This document shows, piece after piece, positions 58,609 to 64,000 of a stretch of DNA of 64,000 bases. Position 1 is the first letter of the stretch. The number at the start of each line of letters is the position of its first letter. Location of the stretch: NCBI GenBank assembly GCA_009602735.1, contig WELA01000805.1:1-64000 (forward strand), written 5' to 3'. The position numbers and the translations under genes are program-made. The notes beneath the pieces were generated by a model, which had not been told where the DNA came from, did no database searches, and was given only the letters and a program-made list of their open reading frames with translations. This DNA is from Mesotaenium endlicherianum (Eukaryota).

Positions 58609-61600
58609 GCTAGCGCGTGGTGCAGCAACAGGGAGGCTGAAGGACACAGGGCGCGGAACTACGCACCAGGAGAGTCCTCGGGCTGCTTCAGCAGGGACGC
58701 GCGAGAGAGAAGCTAGCCTGTTTGATCGTACGTTCTTGACCCTTTTTGGCATTCCTGCTTGCAAGCTTCCTCACAATCAGAGAGGAGAGATGGAGATAGA
58801 GAGAGAGGGGGGGGGAGTTTTGCACGTACACTTGCGTGCATACTTGAAAGCGCAGATGCACCTGCTTGGAAGTGACGAGGATGGAGGTGCCGTGGAATTC
58901 GATGCGCCAGGTAGCCATCATGTGCTCTGCCACCGACTCTCTCTGCTCCACCCTTCCCTCGCGCCCCAGAGACAACAAAAAATCCCATGCGCGGCATGAG
59001 TGCTCAGCATCAGTGAGACATTTAGGGTCCAAGTCTCAAGAGGCACTGGTAGTGTGTGTCCGTGTGTGTGCGCGCACGTGTGTGAGCGCGTGTACGTACG
59101 TCTTTTTGGGAGCGCGTAGACGCGTGTGGGTGGGTGTGCTCACCCAGCAGCAGGCGGCCGAGGTCGTCGAGGCCTGGCAACGCGCACAGCAGCGCCGCGT
59201 TTTGCTCCCTCTTTGCCCTCGCCCCCCCCGCCCCCCACCCACTTCTTTCCCCACAGTTGCCACGGCCCCATCTTAAGAGCTGCTCCTCCTCCCTGCCTGT
59301 CCTGTCCCCTGCGAGCTACCACAGTTGGCTCCCAGAGTCGAGCAAAAGCACACCAAGTGTCGATAACGCGAGTGAGCACGCGGGCATAATTTGCTGCGCC
59401 AGCTGAGCAGCTTTGAGGACTCCATTCAGCCCACGAGGGGCAAGGTCTCCAAGTGGCGCCTTGCCCTCCCCTTTCCATCTCTTGACAACTCAGGGGCTGC
59501 CACCTGTCATGTGAGTGCAGGCCGTTAACGTAGGATGGAGGGAACAGGTAGACAGAGTGACCAGGTTGCCTGAAGGTTGAGTGGGAGGCAGACGTTGTCT
59601 GCCTGGATGCGGCTAGATTGACAGGTGGCTGCATCAAGTGAACAAGGCTTCAGCTTTGAGGTGGAGGACTAGGCTCTATATCACGTCAACACATCAACAT
59701 GGCAAAGGAGGGACTGTGTGATGAGCCTGGGACTAAAAGGGGGCCGGGAAGGAGGGAGGAGGGGGAAGTAGGAGGAGGAGGAGATGGAGAAGGAGGAGCC
59801 TAGAGGGGGCTACGGGGGGCTGCAGGGGGTTGGCGAATGCTTCGGGGAGGGGCTGGGTAGATGCTTCTGGGCTGGGGGGCGTGGCCCTTGGGGCAGGATC
59901 TTGACGGGGCTCCAGCAGGCAAGAGCCCTGAGGGACCTTCTGGGGGCTGAAGGTGCACAGCCAAGGAGGTTTGTAAACACGCGGTAGAATCCTCATTACT
60001 TCCGTATGTGTTCTTGTGAACGGGGTGCTGGTCTCCAGGTGCAGTACTAATGTGCGTATGGGGGCAGCGAGTTGAGCTGTACCAAAGTGGACGGAGGGAC
60101 AGTGCTGGCTGCTGCAACTAGCCTAAGGTTTAAGATGCAGCATACTCCAAGCCTTGGCTTGAGCAGGTGTGGGGCTGAGAGAGCTTACCGGCTTGGGCCG
60201 TGGCTGTGTGGGGGAGGGGCAGGTCGGCGGGTAGGTGGGCGGGCACGGGTGTGCAGGACATACTGGGGCACCAAGCAGAGAGCCGAGAGGTGCTGAGAAT
60301 CTCTGTGCCGCGCAGCGCCTGCGCGTCCAGCTGGACGTCCAAGATCCTCGAGCGCAGAGCCCTGTCAGACCGCGTCCTGTCGCGTGGCAGGGCTGAATCA
60401 CAAGCAGCAGCTCTCCTTTTGACGAGCGTTTAGAGCATGCCAGGCATAAACGCACGCTCAAGATGGAAGTGGGCCTCAAAGAACTTAGTTGAGGGGCGGC
60501 ATTGTAGAGCGCCCGCAGCCAATGGGCAGCCGGCGGCGCGCCCCCACCCATCTGGAGTCATGCAACAACTGACGTGCGCGCTGCATGAGAGGGACCCCTG
60601 GAGGCTGCGATTGTACAGAAGCAGCCAGCTTCCCCAGCTAGCTCAGATCACGCCCCCTCTTCTCACCTGCGCCCGCACACGCACACCGGCAAGCGCGCAC
60701 GTACGGACGCAGCTTGCACATCTGCACGTACGCCTGCTCGCCTCCACATACACACGCATGCTCAGCACAAAGCCCAAACCCTGAACAATGGCAGGTCTTC
60801 TTGAACCACCACACTGGGGTGTGCGCGAAGGTAGGCAGACGAGGGATGGGGGAAGCTCTCTTTGGGCTTTTTCAGAATTGAATACAATAAAGCAAATCTC
60901 TTGCAGGCTATGAGTATCTGATCAAAAGACTTCAGCAGTGCACTCAACGACCAGATGCTAGCACGGCCTCGACAGCAGGCCAAGGCCAAGTCCCCCCCCG
61001 GCCCCCATCTCCCTCCCCCCTCTGGCGCCCATTTGGGAGGTCATTGCCGGGGCTCGTGCGTGCTTCCAGGAAGGTGCATGGGATATGTTGGGAAGACGAA
61101 TCAACGAGTAGGAGGAGAAAGCGCAGCAGAAGCAAACTGCAGAAACGTCTGGCAGCAGTCGCAGATGCCTGTCCACCTCGACCCACGCACGCGCCCGCAA
61201 TCTGAACTCCGGGAATGGCATCAAACCCTGAACCCTCAACCCTTCGTAGGGAAAGGCTGCCCCGCTTAGCAGGCCTCTTGGCGGAGGACTCGCGCATGCG
61301 TGGGCCCATGTGTCGCGGGTTCCCGGGGATTAGAGCGCGTGGCGCACTCGCTGAGTGCACGTGGCCGTCTTCCACTCTGCGCATCAGGTGCCATGCCCCG
61401 CCATGCTTCTCTTTCCTGCTCTTTTTCATGGTCGCTCACTTTTTGCTTATCCTTAATTGCCTGCTGCTTTTACAATTTCTCTGTTTTGCTGCGCCTGTTT
61501 TGCCACAGTTGCCCTGTTTGTATTCGCAATTGCTAGTTTACATTCTCAACAGTCGCCAACTTCGTGCTCTCTTGTGTGCCCCCTCACATGTTGTTTGCTT

Positions 61601-62211
61601 GCAAGTCTTGTGCCTTTGCTATTTGTTGAGTTTGCAACTTGTTTTCAACGCTGTTTGATCTTGTGTGAGGCAGGCTCGTGAAAGAGCTGCGTCCGCAGAT
61701 TTGGCAGCCCTTGCGCCTATGAAGTGAGACTTTTCTTCAAGCACTTGCATGAGGTACCATGTCCTTTCATCCTCCCTCTTTCCATGTTGTGCTTGTTAGC
61801 GAGCACTTGCTGCTGCTCCTCTTTTGGCGTGTGTGTTGTCGACAAGTATTTGTGACTGCTGCTGTATTGTGCTCCCATGTTTTGTCTGTAGCGCACCTTT
61901 CAAGGTTGTATGTTAGTGCTAGCTTCCTTGGCTGGCGTGTGTGTGTCCTTCAGGAGCACTTGCTGCTTGTCTTTTGTCGTTTACTGTTATTATGCGCTAC
62001 CATTTGTGATCTGCTGCTCTGGCTTTCCGCCAGCGGCTACCTTCCACTTTGCCCGCCCTCTTGTGTATTTGCCTGCTACCAGCTGCTTCAATCACAGCTT
62101 TGCGCCTGTTTTGTATCATGTGCGTCAGTGTCCAAGCCGGGGGAACGTTGGCAGACTTGCCATCCCGCTTGCTCATCAACGTGGATCCTCTTTCCTCACG
62201 CTTTTCAGGTG

Positions 62212-63357
62212 TGCCATGATTTATTGAGTCGAGGTTGACGTACAAAACCGAGCTCCACTTGTGTGAACCGTCGACCTAGGAAGACTGACTTTGCATTGAC
62301 CTTACGCATCTATATGTTGACCTTTTCTAGATTTCCAACTCACCAAAGTGTATCGCGTCAAAGCATCTTCCGAATGGCACCGGTTTCGCGTCATTTGGTC
62401 AAGTATCGAGCGAGATATTTGCGATCTAGTCCGCGTCACCTACCGGCCTCTAGCGGAACTTTCCCAAGGGCCAACTTGTGACTCAATGTCCCCGAAGGTG
62501 ACATTGTTGGCTCTTCGTGATCCCAAGGACCCCTAGCTTTGTACTCACAAATCCGCGAGCCCCTTAGACTACATAAGTCTTGCATTTCCATAGTATAAGT
62601 GCATCATTGAGGCTATAACTTGGTGCCTGCATCACCTACTCCTAGAGGAAGCTTCCTCAAGTTCCAGATTCACTTTTGAGGCACTATCTATGTAGAATCA
62701 CCCAAGGTTAGCTCCACCAATGAGAGACACATAGCATATTCTACGTGCTTTGCTTTGATTGGTTTGAGTTTTGCTTAGCCTATAGGAGCGCTAGTACATG
62801 CCTTGTACACATTAGTGGACGCTGGAGAGCCTTCTAGAGTGACTAGATGCATTGGATCCGCCGCATACCACGCCGGATTTCCATGAGTATAAGTACAAGA
62901 GATGTCTTTAGAGAAACATCTTTTTAGAAGTCCCATTATGCCAGGTGTAAGTAGCAGAGATTATCAGTAAAGCTTACACTTTTATCTCTTGAGTTTTCAA
63001 GACCACTTAGTTACTCTCTTATGAAGAGCAAGCCCTCCTAGCTTCCAGTCACTTGATGAACTTCACAAGTGGTGAGCAAAGTCACAGCTTATACCCTTGC
63101 AGAGGACTACTCTTGAAGATCATGATGTGCTTCCAGTGATCTTTTGGGCCATACTTCATTAGTTGTATTCCTACCAGTTTAAAATTTTGAGGTGCTCACT
63201 CTGGAGAGTACACACTCCTTAATTAAAACATCTGAGACTTGACTCCCTTTTTGGCTATAAAGCCACATGTATTATAGACTTCATTGCAGCAAAGCCTGCT
63301 TGCTTATGATGTGTTGCTTATGCCTATGTTGCGCACTCGACCTCGTAACGCACGACA
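62212..63357 (+). mobile_element. solo B+A terminal unit of the DNMT-gypsy family
   Basis: Collinear with the reverse complement of 35794-36930 but more diverged; TG...CA ends; 4-bp TSD GGTG (62208-62211, 63358-63361). Confidence 0.93.
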
Positions 63358-64000
63358 GGTGCCATGTCCTTGCCTCCCGTGCACATTGTATTCTCATGCC
63401 ACTTTTCTCCCACGTGGTAGCGTTGTATTTGTTTGTCCTCAGGCCCTGCTGGCCTATAGTTTATCTTGTGGATGGCCTGCTGTGTTTGCTTTGGCTGCGC
63501 TCCTGCTGGTAGTCTATTCTTGGCGTGCCTGCGTTCCGTCAAGCCGCCTGCTCCTTATTTTTACATGTCATTATTGTTTTTTAACTTTTGTGAAGCAGGA
63601 CTAGTTGCAAAAGAGCGAGTCGGCAGCTGCACAACAGCCCACCTCCGACACGTGCTTTAGGTGCCTTCCCTCCCCCCCTCCAAATTCACTCTTTCTTGCA
63701 CCAGCTTGTATTGTTTGATGGCCTGTTGCCTCTCCCTTTGTTCTTTTGTTGCTGTGGCAGCCTGGCCACACTGCCCGCATGTGCCCTCGACTTCTTGTTG
63801 GGGGGGGTCTTGTTTTTGTTATCGTCCCATTGCCTGCTGCCTGCTGCCTGCTGTCATCTGCGTGAGTGTGTCTATTTTGCGCGCCTTGCTTGTTTTGGTT
63901 GGGCACGGGTGGCTGCAGCATGGCTGCAGCTGCTAGCCCCTGTTTTGCTTTAGTCGGGGCTGCCTTGCTTGCCCCTGTTGTGCTTTACTCTGGGCTGGCT

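Noticed and set aside
61380..64000. A-poor, T/G/C-rich tract with Leu/Cys-rich ORFs around the solo unit
   Set aside because: ORFs reflect compositional bias; probably part of an unidentified repeat whose boundaries are not visible.

Overview
Intron-rich eukaryotic DNA, most consistent with a green (probably streptophyte) alga; the species cannot be determined from this window. Host genes: a complete 9-exon plastid tryptophan synthase alpha gene (12099-22366, -), a bZIP transcription factor (23769-26564, +), an At5g03900-like membrane protein (27965-34759, +) and two weak or pseudogenised orphan genes. Mobile DNA: a decayed full-length Ty1/copia (866-6127), a chromovirus split into two oppositely oriented halves (50584-54125 and 56890-58608), and a 10.6-kb Ty3/gypsy-like element (35794-46399, -), which is the most unusual feature. 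That element encodes Gag, protease, a C5 cytosine methyltransferase, RT-RNase H and an integrase C-terminus with a PHD finger. Instead of ordinary LTRs it has split direct repeats (sense order B-ORFs-A-GC-B-A), TG...CA ends, a 4-bp TSD, no tRNA PBS, and a 29-nt internal sequence complementary to the end of the 5' repeat that overlaps the ATG of the methyltransferase ORF. A solo B+A unit of the same family with its own 4-bp TSD lies at 62212-63357. All exon models and alignments were made by eye; several N gaps limit frame inference.
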